A DNA stretch of 60,408 nucleotides from Clostridia bacterium (GTDB lineage: Bacteria > Bacillota > Clostridia > Oscillospirales > CAG-272): positions 1 through 60,408 of the forward strand of contig JAGBYM010000159.1 in assembly GCA_017628755.1 (NCBI GenBank), given 5' to 3'. Below the pieces are notes generated by a model. It was not told the DNA's origin. It searched no databases and saw only the letters and a list, made by a program, of their open reading frames with translations. A program made the translations under genes and the position numbers. Below are positions 9,507-20,200 of this stretch, piece after piece (position 1 is the first letter of the stretch; each line of letters starts with the position of its first letter).

Positions 9507-10754
9507 ATGAGAGAAACTTATACTTATGATAAAAGCCGCGAGGCGTTTGCCCGCGCGATGAAGGTCATTCCCTCGGGTATCTACGGCCATCTCGGCCCCG
9601 CCGAGGGATGCTACACACCCGTTGAGGCGTTCCCCTTCTATTCCTCGAAAGCCGAGGGACCCTACGTCTGGGATCTCGACGGCAACAGATTCATTGACTA
9701 CATGTGCGCCTACGGCCCGAACGTTCTCGGTTACAACGACCCCGACGTTGACGCCGCGGCGGCAGAGCAGAGAGCTCTCGGTGACTGCACCACTCTGCCC
9801 TCGACCAAGATGGTGGACTTCGCCGAGCTTCTCGTTGACACGGTCGCGAGTGCGGATTGGGCATTTTTCGCCAAAAACGGCGGCGACGTGACCACCCTCG
9901 CGGTCATGACCGCCCGCGCTTACACGCACAGAAAGAAGATCGTTTTCTTCAAGGGATATTACCACGGCGTTGCGCCCTGGACGCAGAAGATCGACTACGC
10001 GGGTGTCATTCCCGAGGACGTCATGCACAATATCTACGTAAATTGGAACGACCTTGACGAACTCGAAGCGGTTTTCAAAAAATACAAGGGCGAGATCGCG
10101 GCTGTCATCTCCCAGCCTTATATGCACGGCAATTTCATGGATAACGTGCTTCCCGCGGACGGATTCTGGAAGGAAGTCCGCCGCCTCTGCACCGAAAACG
10201 GCACGGTCCTCGTTGTTGACGACGTCCGCGCGGGCTTCAGACTCGATATCGCGGGCTCGGACCACTATTTCGGATTCGAGGCTGACCTTATCTGCTTCTG
10301 TAAGGCACTTGCAAATGGATATAACGTCTCCGCGCTCTGCGGAAAGAATTTCCTCAAGAATACCGTTTCGGGTATGTCGTACACGGGAAGCTACTGGCTT
10401 TCCGCCGTCCCCTTTGCCGCGGGTATTGCCTGCATCAACAAGATGAAGCGAATCGGCGCGCCGCAGATCCTGATCGAGAAGGGAACAAAGCTGAAGGAAG
10501 GTCTTATCGCCACCGCTAATAAGCACGGATTCGACCTTCGCGTCACGGGCGTACCCTCCCTCTTCTATCTCCGTATAGCAGACGATCCCACGCTGATGCT
10601 CCATCAGGAGTGGATCGCGGAGTGCGTCAAGAGAGGCGTATTCTTCACCAACCATCATAACCACTTCATCAACGCCGCGCTGACCGATGCCGATATCGCC
10701 GAGACACTCGATATCGCCGACGAGGCTTTCGCGGTTGTTAAAAAGAGACATTGA
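9507..10754 (+). CDS. Class-III (GSA-aminomutase-like) PLP-dependent aminotransferase
   Basis: 415 aa. VVDDVRAGFR and the candidate PLP-lysine context FCKALANG are typical of the aminotransferase class-III fold. Confidence 0.85.
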   Translation: MRETYTYDKSREAFARAMKVIPSGIYGHLGPAEGCYTPVEAFPFYSSKAEGPYVWDLDGNRFIDYMCAYGPNVLGYNDPDVDAAAAEQRALGDCTTLPSTKMVDFAELLVDTVASADWAFFAKNGGDVTTLAVMTARAYTHRKKIVFFKGYYHGVAPWTQKIDYAGVIPEDVMHNIYVNWNDLDELEAVFKKYKGEIAAVISQPYMHGNFMDNVLPADGFWKEVRRLCTENGTVLVVDDVRAGFRLDIAGSDHYFGFEADLICFCKALANGYNVSALCGKNFLKNTVSGMSYTGSYWLSAVPFAAGIACINKMKRIGAPQILIEKGTKLKEGLIATANKHGFDLRVTGVPSLFYLRIADDPTLMLHQEWIAECVKRGVFFTNHHNHFINAALTDADIAETLDIADEAFAVVKKRH

Positions 10755-10838
10755 TCTGAAAACGGCAGGCTCATTAAGTCATATATTACCATATTGAAAC
10801 ATTCTTGATGATGTTTGCAAGGTAATTCAATCGCGCGA

Positions 10839-11023
10839 GCTCCTTCCACCGCGCCTTCGCGCGGTCCCCCTCCCTCCCGGAGGGAGGCAAGGAGCGTGTA
10901 CTAACATAGAATATAGAGGTATTATTGGGTCAATTTTATAAAGAAATCTATGTTCGCACTCATAAATCTCGCCTCCCTCTGAGGAGGGAGGGGTACCGCG
11001 CGAAGGCGTGGTGGAGGGAGAGG
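10839..11023. repeat. GC-rich inverted-repeat element (REP/MITE-like), two ~48-bp arms around a 75-bp AT-rich core
   Basis: The left arm (10845-10892) is the imperfect reverse complement of the right arm (10968-11016). Each arm holds two sub-hairpins: ACCGCGC-loop-GCGYGGT and CCTCCCTCC/GGAGGGAGG. A third, partial copy lies at 1-31. Confidence 0.6.
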
Positions 11024-11085
11024 CCTATAATCTTTTCTTAAGTTTCCACCTATATGGCGCCGCCCCTTCAAGAAATACATTGAGT

Positions 11086-11117
11086 AAAAACGCAGAGAAA
11101 ATTTTCTCTGCGTTTTT
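11086..11117. terminator. Bidirectional Rho-independent terminator
   Basis: AAAAA-CGCAGAGAA-aatt-TTCTCTGCG-TTTTT. Confidence 0.65.
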
Positions 11118-11128
11118 ATTTAAACGTA

Positions 11129-11156
11129 TGGACTTTTTAAAAAAATGTGATATAAT
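11129..11156 (+). promoter_or_regulatory. Candidate promoter for yitT-like gene
   Basis: TGGACT, 16-nt spacer, TGaTATAAT (11148-11156). Confidence 0.4.
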
Positions 11157-11204
11157 ATATGTGCCATATATAATATATATAATTAAGGAATAAAAGGTGC
11201 AAAA

Positions 11205-12059
11205 ATGCGCGGAAAAGTAGGAAGATTTATCAAGGAATATATTTTTATCACGTTCGGAGCGGTGCTTGCCGCCGCGGCGATCTATTTCTTTATGCTCCCC
11301 AGCCACGTTGCAGTCGGAAGCGGATCGGCACTTGCAATGGTGCTTTCGAATTTCATCCCCCTGCCGGTTTCGGTGATCTCGCTTTCGCTTAATATTATTT
11401 TTCTGATCATGGGATTTATCCTGGTCGGACCCGAGTTCGGCGTCAAAACAGTTTATACAACGATCCTCGTGCCCGCCTCGCTTGGCGTATTCGAGATCTT
11501 TTTTCCGAATTTTCAGTCGCTGACAGAAGATCCCCTGCTCGATATGATCTGCTATCTTCTCGTCGTCGGCATAGCGATGGCGATCCTTTTCTCGTATAAC
11601 GCATCGTCGGGCGGACTTGATATCGTGGCAAAGATCATGAACAAGCATCTGAAGATGGAGCTCGGCACCGCGATCTCGGTTTCGGGACTTGCGGTTGCGC
11701 TGACGACTATTTTTGCATACGATACCAAGATCGTGGTGCTCAGCCTTCTCGGTACATATATGAGCGGTATTGTTGTCGATAGGTTTATTTTCGGACTCAA
11801 TATAAAGCGCCGCGTCTGTATCCTCTCGCAGGATCATATCGAAACGATCACAAATTATCTGCTTCACGAGCTGCACAGCGGCGCGACTCTCTACGACAGT
11901 ATTGGCGCATACGACGGCACCGTCCGTCGCGAGATCGTGACGATCGTTGATAAAAACGAGTACCGTAAGCTTATGGAGTTTGTCAAAAAGACCGATCCGA
12001 AGGCATTTGTGACGGTTTATTCGGTAAACGAGCTCCGTTACCAGCCCAAAGTCAAATAA
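11205..12059 (+). CDS. YitT family membrane protein (YitT_membrane + DUF2179)
   Basis: 284 aa. N-terminus IKEYIFITFGAVLAAAAIYFFMLP with 5-6 TM, plus a soluble C-terminal domain, as in the YitT family. Confidence 0.85.
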   Translation: MRGKVGRFIKEYIFITFGAVLAAAAIYFFMLPSHVAVGSGSALAMVLSNFIPLPVSVISLSLNIIFLIMGFILVGPEFGVKTVYTTILVPASLGVFEIFFPNFQSLTEDPLLDMICYLLVVGIAMAILFSYNASSGGLDIVAKIMNKHLKMELGTAISVSGLAVALTTIFAYDTKIVVLSLLGTYMSGIVVDRFIFGLNIKRRVCILSQDHIETITNYLLHELHSGATLYDSIGAYDGTVRREIVTIVDKNEYRKLMEFVKKTDPKAFVTVYSVNELRYQPKVK

Positions 12060-12063
12060 AATC

Positions 12064-12096
12064 AAGAGTCCCGACCGTGTCGGGGCTCTTATTATT
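12064..12096 (+). terminator. Rho-independent terminator
   Basis: AAGAGTCCCGAC-cgt-GTCGGGGCTCTT followed by a T-rich tail. Confidence 0.55.
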
Positions 12097-12115
12097 ATAT
12101 TATATGAAAAAAAGG

Positions 12116-12144
12116 TTGCAATTTGATTTGATTTGTGATATAAT
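12116..12144 (+). promoter_or_regulatory. Sigma-A type promoter for the glycan locus
   Basis: TTGCAA (12116-12121), 17-nt spacer, TGaTATAAT (12136-12144). Confidence 0.5.
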
Positions 12145-12189
12145 AATTAAAATAGGCTAATTATGCAATAAATCGGTTAACGGTGTAAA

Positions 12190-12879
12190 ATGGAAAATAT
12201 TAAAGTAATTGAAAAAGAGCGCAACGAAGAAGTTATAATGCCTTTTGAGAAAAAGGAAGAATTTTTTGTTGAAGATCTAGGAATAATTGAAAAAAAGCCG
12301 TTTTTTTCGTTCGTTAAGCGAATGACGGATATCCTCGTTTCGTTTTTCGGTCTGCTTATCCTCGGAGTGCCCATGTTGATAATCGCCGCGGCGGTGTGGT
12401 GCACATCAAAAGGCCCTGCGTTTTTTGTACAGGACCGTCTCGGTCTTAACGGCAAAAGGATAAAAATAATCAAATTCAGAACTATGTGTGTGGACGCAGA
12501 GAAGAACGGTGCGCAGTGGTCGCGCGGAGACAAAGACGTGCGTATTACACCTTTGGGCAGATTCCTCAGAAAGAGCCGAATTGACGAGCTTCCTCAGCTT
12601 TGGTGTATCTTAAAGGGCGATATGAGCCTTGTTGGTCCCCGTCCCGAAAGAGAAGTTTTCTATAATGAATTTGAGAAGTATATTCACGGCTTCAGCGAGA
12701 GACTTAAGGTCAAGCCCGGACTTACCGGCTGGGCGCAGATCAACGGCGGCTATAACCTCAGACCCGAGGAAAAGGTCGTTTATGACGTTGAATACATAAA
12801 AAAACGTTCTCTGATATTCGATCTGAAGATCATTTTTCTGACCTTCGGAGTAGTATTTACCCATCATGGGGCTAAATAA
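12190..12879 (+). CDS. Initiating polyprenyl-phosphate sugar phosphotransferase (Bac_transf family)
   Basis: 229 aa. KRMTDILVSFFGLLILGVPMLIIAAAV..KGPAFF, RIDELPQLWCILKGDMSLVGPRP and the C-terminal part are typical of WbaP/EpsL-type small PGTs. Confidence 0.9.
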   Translation: MENIKVIEKERNEEVIMPFEKKEEFFVEDLGIIEKKPFFSFVKRMTDILVSFFGLLILGVPMLIIAAAVWCTSKGPAFFVQDRLGLNGKRIKIIKFRTMCVDAEKNGAQWSRGDKDVRITPLGRFLRKSRIDELPQLWCILKGDMSLVGPRPEREVFYNEFEKYIHGFSERLKVKPGLTGWAQINGGYNLRPEEKVVYDVEYIKKRSLIFDLKIIFLTFGVVFTHHGAK

Positions 12880-12894
12880 GGAAGTATAAGATTT

Positions 12895-14247
12895 ATGATT
12901 AAGTTTCACGATAAATATAATTTTCTGTGGCTCAGTATTCTGATAGCCGCGGGCGTGGCTTTTATGCAGATCTGGGGTAATACCGTCGGCTTGACGCTGA
13001 TCTTCATATTGTTTGGAGTGCTGATCGTGCTTGCCACCGCAAAGGATATGGCGATCCCGCTGTTGATATTCTTTTTACCCTGGTCTCCGCTGATCAAGTT
13101 TGCTCCCGGATCGACTTCAATGTACACGATATCTCTTGTTGCCGTGCTGATGATCTTTTTGCTTCGCAGCAGCAAGAAGTTTGCGGTTATGCATATTTTC
13201 CCCGCCGCGTTGCTTTTCGTACTGACGATAATCGTAAAGACGGTAACCGATTCTCCTATTGATGGCAGTTATATACTGTTCTTAATGTGTATGATTCTTT
13301 TCCCTCTTGCAACAAACGAAAAAGGAAGAAGATACGATTTCTATATGCTTGTGGTCTTCTTCTCCCTCGGAATTATAACCGCGGCGCTTTCCGCAAGATG
13401 GTTGGTTATCTTCCCCAATATAGCCAGATATATCGACGTTATCGAGTATAGCTCGCTGACCAGACTTTCGGGATATTACGGAGATCCGAACTTCTATTCG
13501 GCTCATATAACCGCCGCAATCGGAGGAGCGATCCTGCTTCTTCTGAATGAGACGAAAATTATCAGAAAGATTGTAGTATATCTGATGATCGCGGTTCTTC
13601 TGTACTGCGGATTTTTGTCGGTTTCAAAATCCTTTGCGCTTATATTGGTATGTATGCTGTTGCTTTGGGTTATCGAGGTGCTTTTCAAAAGAGGACGTCT
13701 GTCAAGTAAGGTTACAATGCTTCTGGCGCTTCTTATAGGCGGCGTGTATATCCTGACTTCGATTCTTTTCACCGACCTTCTCGATATGATGATGGAGAGA
13801 TTTGTCGGTGCGGGAAGCAGCTTGTCCGAGCTTACCACAAGACGAAGCGACCTCTGGATTAATTACCTGCGAATGTTTGAAGAGAATCCGTTGGTTTTGC
13901 TGTTCGGAAAAGGCTATACCGAAGACCTCGTCAACGGTCGCGGCTCGCACAACATAGTTATACAAATGGTTTATCAGTTCGGTTTGGTTGGAACTCTTCT
14001 GACTCTTGTATGGTTTTATGAATACTGCAAGATCGTTCTTAGAACCGTAAGACTGAAAATGGAGCATATCGTTCAGCTGCTCCTTATGATTGGAGGAACG
14101 TTCGGCCCCTGGCTCGGACTCGACCTTCTTATGTTTGACGAATTCTTCATATTGCCCTTCTTCGTTTTCCTCGGAATACTGTATCTTAACAAAGAAGACG
14201 GTGAAGAATCCGCAGAGTCGGTAATACCCGATGAGGTGGCGGAATGA
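12895..14247 (+). CDS. O-antigen ligase/polymerase family membrane protein (Wzy-like)
   Basis: 450 aa, at least 10 TM, with a large loop containing SRLSGYYGDPNFYS and a later HN motif. Sits in a Wzx/Wzy locus context. Confidence 0.75.
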   Translation: MIKFHDKYNFLWLSILIAAGVAFMQIWGNTVGLTLIFILFGVLIVLATAKDMAIPLLIFFLPWSPLIKFAPGSTSMYTISLVAVLMIFLLRSSKKFAVMHIFPAALLFVLTIIVKTVTDSPIDGSYILFLMCMILFPLATNEKGRRYDFYMLVVFFSLGIITAALSARWLVIFPNIARYIDVIEYSSLTRLSGYYGDPNFYSAHITAAIGGAILLLLNETKIIRKIVVYLMIAVLLYCGFLSVSKSFALILVCMLLLWVIEVLFKRGRLSSKVTMLLALLIGGVYILTSILFTDLLDMMMERFVGAGSSLSELTTRRSDLWINYLRMFEENPLVLLFGKGYTEDLVNGRGSHNIVIQMVYQFGLVGTLLTLVWFYEYCKIVLRTVRLKMEHIVQLLLMIGGTFGPWLGLDLLMFDEFFILPFFVFLGILYLNKEDGEESAESVIPDEVAE

Positions 14248-15020
14248 TGCCGCGCTCCGGTGAGTTTTCACCTGCGGTTTCGGTCATTATGCCGGCTTAT
14301 AACTGCGAAAAATATATAGAAGAAGCCATACGCTCCGTGATGGCTCAGACCTTTACAGATTGGGAGCTTATAGTTCTTGACGACGGTTCTTCCGATTCCA
14401 CACGTGAAATAATCGAACGTTTGGCGGCGGAGGATGCCCGGATCATTTCCATGCCCAATGAGAAGAATATGGGTGTGGCAAAAACGCGCAACAGAGGATT
14501 TGACGTCAGCCGGGGCAGATATATCGCGTTGCTTGACAGTGACGATATATGGAAAAGCAATAAGCTTGAATTGCAAATGGCTCTGGCGGAATCCTCGGGT
14601 GCGGATATCATTTACTGTTCTTACGGAATTGTTGATGAAAACGGCAATAATCTGTGCTCTGATTTTATCGTAGGCGAAAAGGCGGATTATTGCAGCACAA
14701 TGGTAAGAACCGAGATCAGCTGCTCCACGGCGCTGCTCTCAAGAACGATCGTTGATAAATACAGATTTTCCACCGATTATTATCACGAAGATCTCGTTTT
14801 GTGGCTGACGTTACTCAAGGACGGTTACGAAGCCCGCGGAGTTTGCGATATTCTGGCAGAGTATCGCGTATCGCGAGGCAGCCGCGCGTCAAATAAACTC
14901 AAAAGCGCTGTCGAGCGTTGGAAAATATTCAGAAATCAGATGAAGGAACCATTCTTCAAAAGTCTGTTTTACATTTCCCAATATGCCCTGTGCGCACTAA
15001 AGAAGTATAAACGGATATAA
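14244..15020 (+). CDS. Glycosyltransferase family 2
   Basis: 258 aa. VSVIMPAYNCEKYIEEAIRSVMAQT, LDDGSSD and LDSDD (DXD) motifs. Its start overlaps the upstream stop (ATGA). Confidence 0.9.
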   Translation: MMPRSGEFSPAVSVIMPAYNCEKYIEEAIRSVMAQTFTDWELIVLDDGSSDSTREIIERLAAEDARIISMPNEKNMGVAKTRNRGFDVSRGRYIALLDSDDIWKSNKLELQMALAESSGADIIYCSYGIVDENGNNLCSDFIVGEKADYCSTMVRTEISCSTALLSRTIVDKYRFSTDYYHEDLVLWLTLLKDGYEARGVCDILAEYRVSRGSRASNKLKSAVERWKIFRNQMKEPFFKSLFYISQYALCALKKYKRI

Positions 15021-15034
15021 GGTGTTTATTTAAA

Positions 15035-15838
15035 ATGAAGAAAATGCAAGTTCTTGTAGCAACCATGCACCAAAACGACGTATCCCTCGCCGAAAAAATG
15101 AATATCCGTTGTTCTGCCGTAATTGCGAATCAGGCGGACCGCGATGAAATTATCAATTGCGAGACGGAATTCGGAAATATAAAAATGGTCACCACCGCAA
15201 CGAGAGGAGTCGGTCTCAACCGCAATATCGCTCTTATGGCGGCGGATGCGGAGGTTCTTCTGTTTTCGGATGACGACGTAGTGTATAACGATGCTATGCC
15301 CGAGAACGTGACGGCGGCGTTTGAATCGCTCCCTCAAGCCGACGTGATCATCTTTGGAATGGATATTGTCAAAAATGGCAAAATTACCGAAAGACGACAT
15401 CTTAAAAGAGGCCGCCTGAGAGTTTGGAACGCGATGCGATTCGGCACTTATACCGTTGCGGTACGCAGGAGCGCGATAGTCAAAGGGAACATCACCTTTA
15501 ATCAGTGCTTTGGCGGAGGATGCCCGTTCAGTGCAGGTGAGGACAGCCTTTTCCTCAAAGCTTGCTTTGACGCCGGTTTGAGGGTGTATTCCTATGATTA
15601 CGTTCTGGGAACCTGCTGTAAGGATGAGTCATCCTGGTTCGTCGGATATAATGAAAAATACTTTTACGACAAGGGCGTTCTCGTTCGCAATCTGTTTCCG
15701 AGATCCGCGTACCTTTTTGCCATGTATTTCGGCGTGCGCTTCAAGCGCAAAACCGATCTCGGAGTAATCAAGAGATTGAAATATATTTATTCCGGCGTTC
15801 GAAAGGGTAAGAAAATGATCCCTTACAGTGAACTGTGA
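15035..15838 (+). CDS. GT-A fold glycosyltransferase
   Basis: 267 aa. GVGLNRNIAL and FSDDDVVY (DXD-like) motifs, in a glycan-locus context. Confidence 0.65.
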   Translation: MKKMQVLVATMHQNDVSLAEKMNIRCSAVIANQADRDEIINCETEFGNIKMVTTATRGVGLNRNIALMAADAEVLLFSDDDVVYNDAMPENVTAAFESLPQADVIIFGMDIVKNGKITERRHLKRGRLRVWNAMRFGTYTVAVRRSAIVKGNITFNQCFGGGCPFSAGEDSLFLKACFDAGLRVYSYDYVLGTCCKDESSWFVGYNEKYFYDKGVLVRNLFPRSAYLFAMYFGVRFKRKTDLGVIKRLKYIYSGVRKGKKMIPYSEL

Positions 15839-17001
15839 TGAAAAAAATACTTATTGTCAATAATAATATGAAGGTTGGCGGCGTTCAGAAGGCGCTTTAC
15901 AATCTGCTTTGGGAGATTGAGGGTAAATACGATATAACGCTCTGCCTTTTTTCAAAAAACGGAAAATATGCAGATAAGCTTCCCCCGTCGGTCAGAGTTA
16001 CCGAGGTAAGCGGATTCTACCGATATCTCGGAGTAAGCCAGGGCGAATGCGGCGGCTTGAACGCTTTGACCAGAGGTGCTTGCGTACTGGCATGCCGTTT
16101 TCTCGGCAGAAGGAAAACGCTGAAGCTCCTGAGAAAAAAACAGCCTTCGCTTGAAGAAAAATACGACTGCGCCATCTCGTATCTGCACAACGGAAGAGCA
16201 AAATCGTTTTACGGCGGAGTGCAGGATTTTGTTTTGGACTGCGTAAAAGCCGACAAAAAAGTTGCGTTTCTGCATTGTGATTACCGGAACTGCGGCGCAA
16301 ACAATAGTGAAAACAATTCGGATATGGAGAAGTTCGACAGGATTGCCGCTTGCTCCGACGGATGCCGCGAAGCCTTTCTTTCGGTTCTGCCCGAGCTTTC
16401 GGATAAGTGCGTTACCGTAAGGAACTGTCATCGCTTCCAGGAGATACGTGCAATGTCGGAGGAAGATCCGATCGCATATGACGAAAGTTATACGAACGTA
16501 CTTGCCGTCGCCAGACTGTCCCACGAAAAGGCGGTTGACCGCGCAATAGTTGCGGTGTCTGAGGCGGTGAAGAAGGGTATTCCGGCAAAGCTTCATATCG
16601 TCGGTGGCGGCGGAATGGCTCGTCAGCTTGCCGATCTTGCGGCAGAGCTTGGTGTATCCGATAGCGTGATCTTTTACGGTGAGCAGGAAAATCCGTACCG
16701 ATATATGAAAAACGCCGACGTTTTGTTCATTTCGTCGTACCACGAAGCAGCTCCCATGGTGATCGATGAAGCGCGTTCGCTCGGATTGCCGGTGCTGACA
16801 GTAAAGACCACGTCGTCCTTCGATATGGTTGAGGCAACGTGCTGCGGATGGGTGTGCGAGAATTCGCAAGAAGCAATGAACGGTGCACTTGCGCGCATTG
16901 CGACCGATAAAGACTCGATTGCCGAAGTTAAAGCAAGATTGAAAAACTCTTATGCCGACAACGCACAGGCTTTACGGCAATTTGACGAACTTATAAATTG
17001 A
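15838..17001 (+). CDS. Glycosyltransferase family 4 (GT-B)
   Basis: 387 aa from the ATG at 15838, which overlaps the upstream TGA. The C-terminal SSYHEAAPMVIDEARSLGLPVL matches the EX7E region of GT4 enzymes. Confidence 0.85.
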   Translation: MKKILIVNNNMKVGGVQKALYNLLWEIEGKYDITLCLFSKNGKYADKLPPSVRVTEVSGFYRYLGVSQGECGGLNALTRGACVLACRFLGRRKTLKLLRKKQPSLEEKYDCAISYLHNGRAKSFYGGVQDFVLDCVKADKKVAFLHCDYRNCGANNSENNSDMEKFDRIAACSDGCREAFLSVLPELSDKCVTVRNCHRFQEIRAMSEEDPIAYDESYTNVLAVARLSHEKAVDRAIVAVSEAVKKGIPAKLHIVGGGGMARQLADLAAELGVSDSVIFYGEQENPYRYMKNADVLFISSYHEAAPMVIDEARSLGLPVLTVKTTSSFDMVEATCCGWVCENSQEAMNGALARIATDKDSIAEVKARLKNSYADNAQALRQFDELIN

Positions 17002-17010
17002 ATATCAGAA

Positions 17011-17048
17011 AGCCGATTTTCGGGACCCGAAGATCGGCTTGTGTTTTT
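17011..17048 (+). terminator. Rho-independent terminator
   Basis: AGCCGATTTTCGG-gac-CCGAAGATCGGCT followed by TGTGTTTTT. Confidence 0.65.
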
Positions 17049-17084
17049 AAAAATATCTAAAAAAAGGAAATTAAATTATAGCTG

Positions 17085-17113
17085 TTGACTTTTGGGAAGA
17101 ATTGTGATATAAT
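17085..17113 (+). promoter_or_regulatory. Sigma-A type promoter for the dockerin-protein block
   Basis: TTGACT (17085-17090), 17-nt spacer, TGaTATAAT (17105-17113). It leaves a ~145-nt leader before the ATG at 17265. Confidence 0.5.
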
Positions 17114-17264
17114 GCTAATTGGAGTGTTCTCTTTTTTCGAAATCATGGAAAAATTTTTCCTATAAGAACCAAATTATACATTTTTAGACAAAAGACGAAT
17201 ATCAAATACTGCAGAAGAGTATTTGTTTTAAATAGATAGTAAACATTTCAGAAATGAGGATTAA

Positions 17265-20200
17265 ATGATGAAAAAAACATCAACAAGATTCGTTGCGTTT
17301 ATCCTGATGGTAGTGATGCTTGTCGGAATGATACCGATGAACACATTTGCCGAAAATGGAAGCGTATCGACTTATGAAGAATTTATGGCAGATTTCAAGA
17401 TTCTTGAAACCTATGCAGAAGAATATGCGTCCAAACTTTTCAAGGACGCTGGTGAACTGGTAATGAACTTTATCCGTACCGGTGTTGAGCGTTATCAGGA
17501 TGATAACTGGAACACTCTTGCAGGTCCGGAAAATACCGGATTTGCCAATTTTGTTGCGCAGATGGATGCAGAAAACGGTACAACCGTTATGGATCTGCGT
17601 GATATTAAAATTGATAACTTCATTCTTCCCAACGGAAATCAGACCGACTTCGGTCATATGTTCGGATGTATGAATATTTCTTATGTTGCTCCCGGTTCTG
17701 CCGATCTTTCGGGTTGGGCGGGCGATATTTGCGACCTGTTGATGTACAGCGCGTTTTCCGTTACAGTTCCCGAGGGAACCGTTGACGAAATGGCTGAGTA
17801 TATTGGCAAAAACTGCTTCGGTGTAAACGCTCCCAACGCATACGGCTGGGACGACTTCTACGGAGACCTGGATGCTTATTATCTCATTACCGAGTATAAG
17901 AAGGGTTCCGCGAAGCTCTCGGAGATCATGGAAGCGTACTTTGACGCAGAGCTCGACGACGTTGAGCGTTCTGTATACTTCATGAACAATCGTTTCGGCG
18001 TTGAAGACAGCCGCGAGGCTGTTCGCAAGGCGATTTACGAAGCGTATTCCTCTGATGTCGGACTCAAGGTTCTCGAATCGAAGCGAGAGCTCACCAGCTA
18101 CAATACTCTCCGTCAGGCTTGTTGCTATGCATTTGCTGACTACGTTTATGAAAAGGCTCAGGGTAAGCTTATTGCAGGCGAGAACGGCGGAGAAGAGATG
18201 GATAACGAGTATTATACCGTTTTCTCTACCGATTCTTCGGTACTTGCTCCCGGTATTTCCCAGGAGATTAATTACGCTAAGACTGCTGACGGAAAGCAGA
18301 TCGTTTATTACGTTGCAACAGTTGACGTTACCCGCGACGACGTAACCATTATGGCTAACTACAAGGATAACGATCCTTCGAAGGGATGGGGTTATCAGCG
18401 AGTAGAGGACCAGGTTAAAGCGATGGTTAACAACTATGAGGATAAGTATGAGTACTTCACTCCTGTAGTTGCAACCAATGCGGACGGTTACAATATGTCC
18501 ACGGGTGAGCCCAGCGGACTTCTTGTAATGGACGGCGTTGAATGGCATTCGATCAACAATAACGGTTTCTTTGCTATTCTTAAGGACGGTTCTGCAATGA
18601 TCGGAAGCCGTGAAGATTATGAAGAATACAAAGATCAGCTTCAGGAAGCGATAGGAGGATTCGGAACGTTTCTTGTCGTGGACGGCAAGATCAACGTTAC
18701 CAAGAGCCCGAACTACGCATCGACCCGTGCGAGCCGTACCGCTATCGGTATCAAGCCGGACGGATCTGTTGTAATGATGGTTCTTGACGGCCGTCAGCTG
18801 CCCTTCTCGGCAGGCGGAGCAATGGAAGAGATCGCGCAGATCATGTACGATGCAGGCTGTGAGATTGCTATCAACCTTGACGGCGGCGGATCGACCACTT
18901 ATCTTTCCAAGCCCGCGGGAAGCGATAACATCAAACTTGTAAACCGTCCTTCCGACGGTTACGCAAGAAGTGTATCCACCTCTCTCGTAGCTATTTCGTT
19001 TGCTAAATCCTCCAACGAATTTGACCACGCTGTCATTTCTTCGGATTATGATTACATTACTGCAGGAACCTCTATGCAGTTTAACGTAACCGGTGTAAGT
19101 AACACGGGTAACACCGCGGTTATTCCCGAGGGCGCGTACTGGAAGGTTTCTGACGAGACTATTGCGACCATCGATAAGGATACCGGTCTCTTCACAGCTC
19201 TTGCGAACGGCGCGGTAACGGTTGACTATATCGTAAACGGCGAATCTGCGGGAAGCAAGGTTATTAACGTTGTAATTCCCGATGCGCTGGCAATGGAAAG
19301 TATTGCTATGAACGCGATTTACGGAGAGCCTGCAACGCTTCCTCTTGTTGCTACTTATAAGGGAAGCCCGGTTTGTGTAAAGCCTGAGGATTTCTACGTT
19401 GCGCTTCAGTACAGTAATGCCGGATATGTTGATGGCCTTACTTTTACTCCTTATGAAGAAGCAGGCTACAGAACCTTTGTAGCGGGTGCTCAGTTCTTGG
19501 CGGATGAAACCCTGTATGCAATGATTCAGGTTAATCTCTTCCGCGCTGATGAGTCGATGTTTGACTTCGACAATGCAACTTACGGTAACCGTACTCTTGC
19601 ATGGAACCGTGAAGTTATTAATGCGCATACCGCGGATAATATGCTTTACAGAATAAGTGATCCGAAGCTCCCCATTGATATTGAATATACCTTTGCTCTT
19701 GATATGACATCTATCGATATCCCTGTTCAGCTTGAGCCTCTCAAGGGTATGCTTCCCGGCGCGGATACAGGCGCTACCGCTTGGCAGTTCCTTCTCCAGC
19801 TTGCAGAGCGTGTATGTGAGCAGACAGGCGTAGTTATTTCGATAGGATTCAGTGAGAATCTGGAAGTTAATATCGATGAACTCAAGGTAATCAACGAATA
19901 TTTTGAACTCTCGAGCGCTGTTGTTGACCAGGAGACCAACGTTCTTACTCTCAAGTGCAACTGGGTAGACCAGACCGCAGCTATCGATGCGGCAACCGCA
20001 AATCCCATTTGTATCCTTGACGGTATCAAAGCAACCGTAAAGAAAGATGCCAGCTACGTTAACAACGAGATCCTCATCAGTAACAACGGACACGTTTCCT
20101 ATGACGTATATCTTGCATCGAGCACACTCAAAGGCTTTGCGGATAAGCCTGAAAATCAGGCTCTGTATGGCCTCATTCCCTACGTTCACGATCCCGCATG

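Noticed and set aside
10655-11193. Small ORFs 10655-10849 (-) and 11008-11193 (+) around the GC-rich repeat.
   Set aside because: They run through the repeat arms and terminator hairpin, lack RBSs, and encode repeat-derived sequence. The region is better explained as a non-coding structured element.
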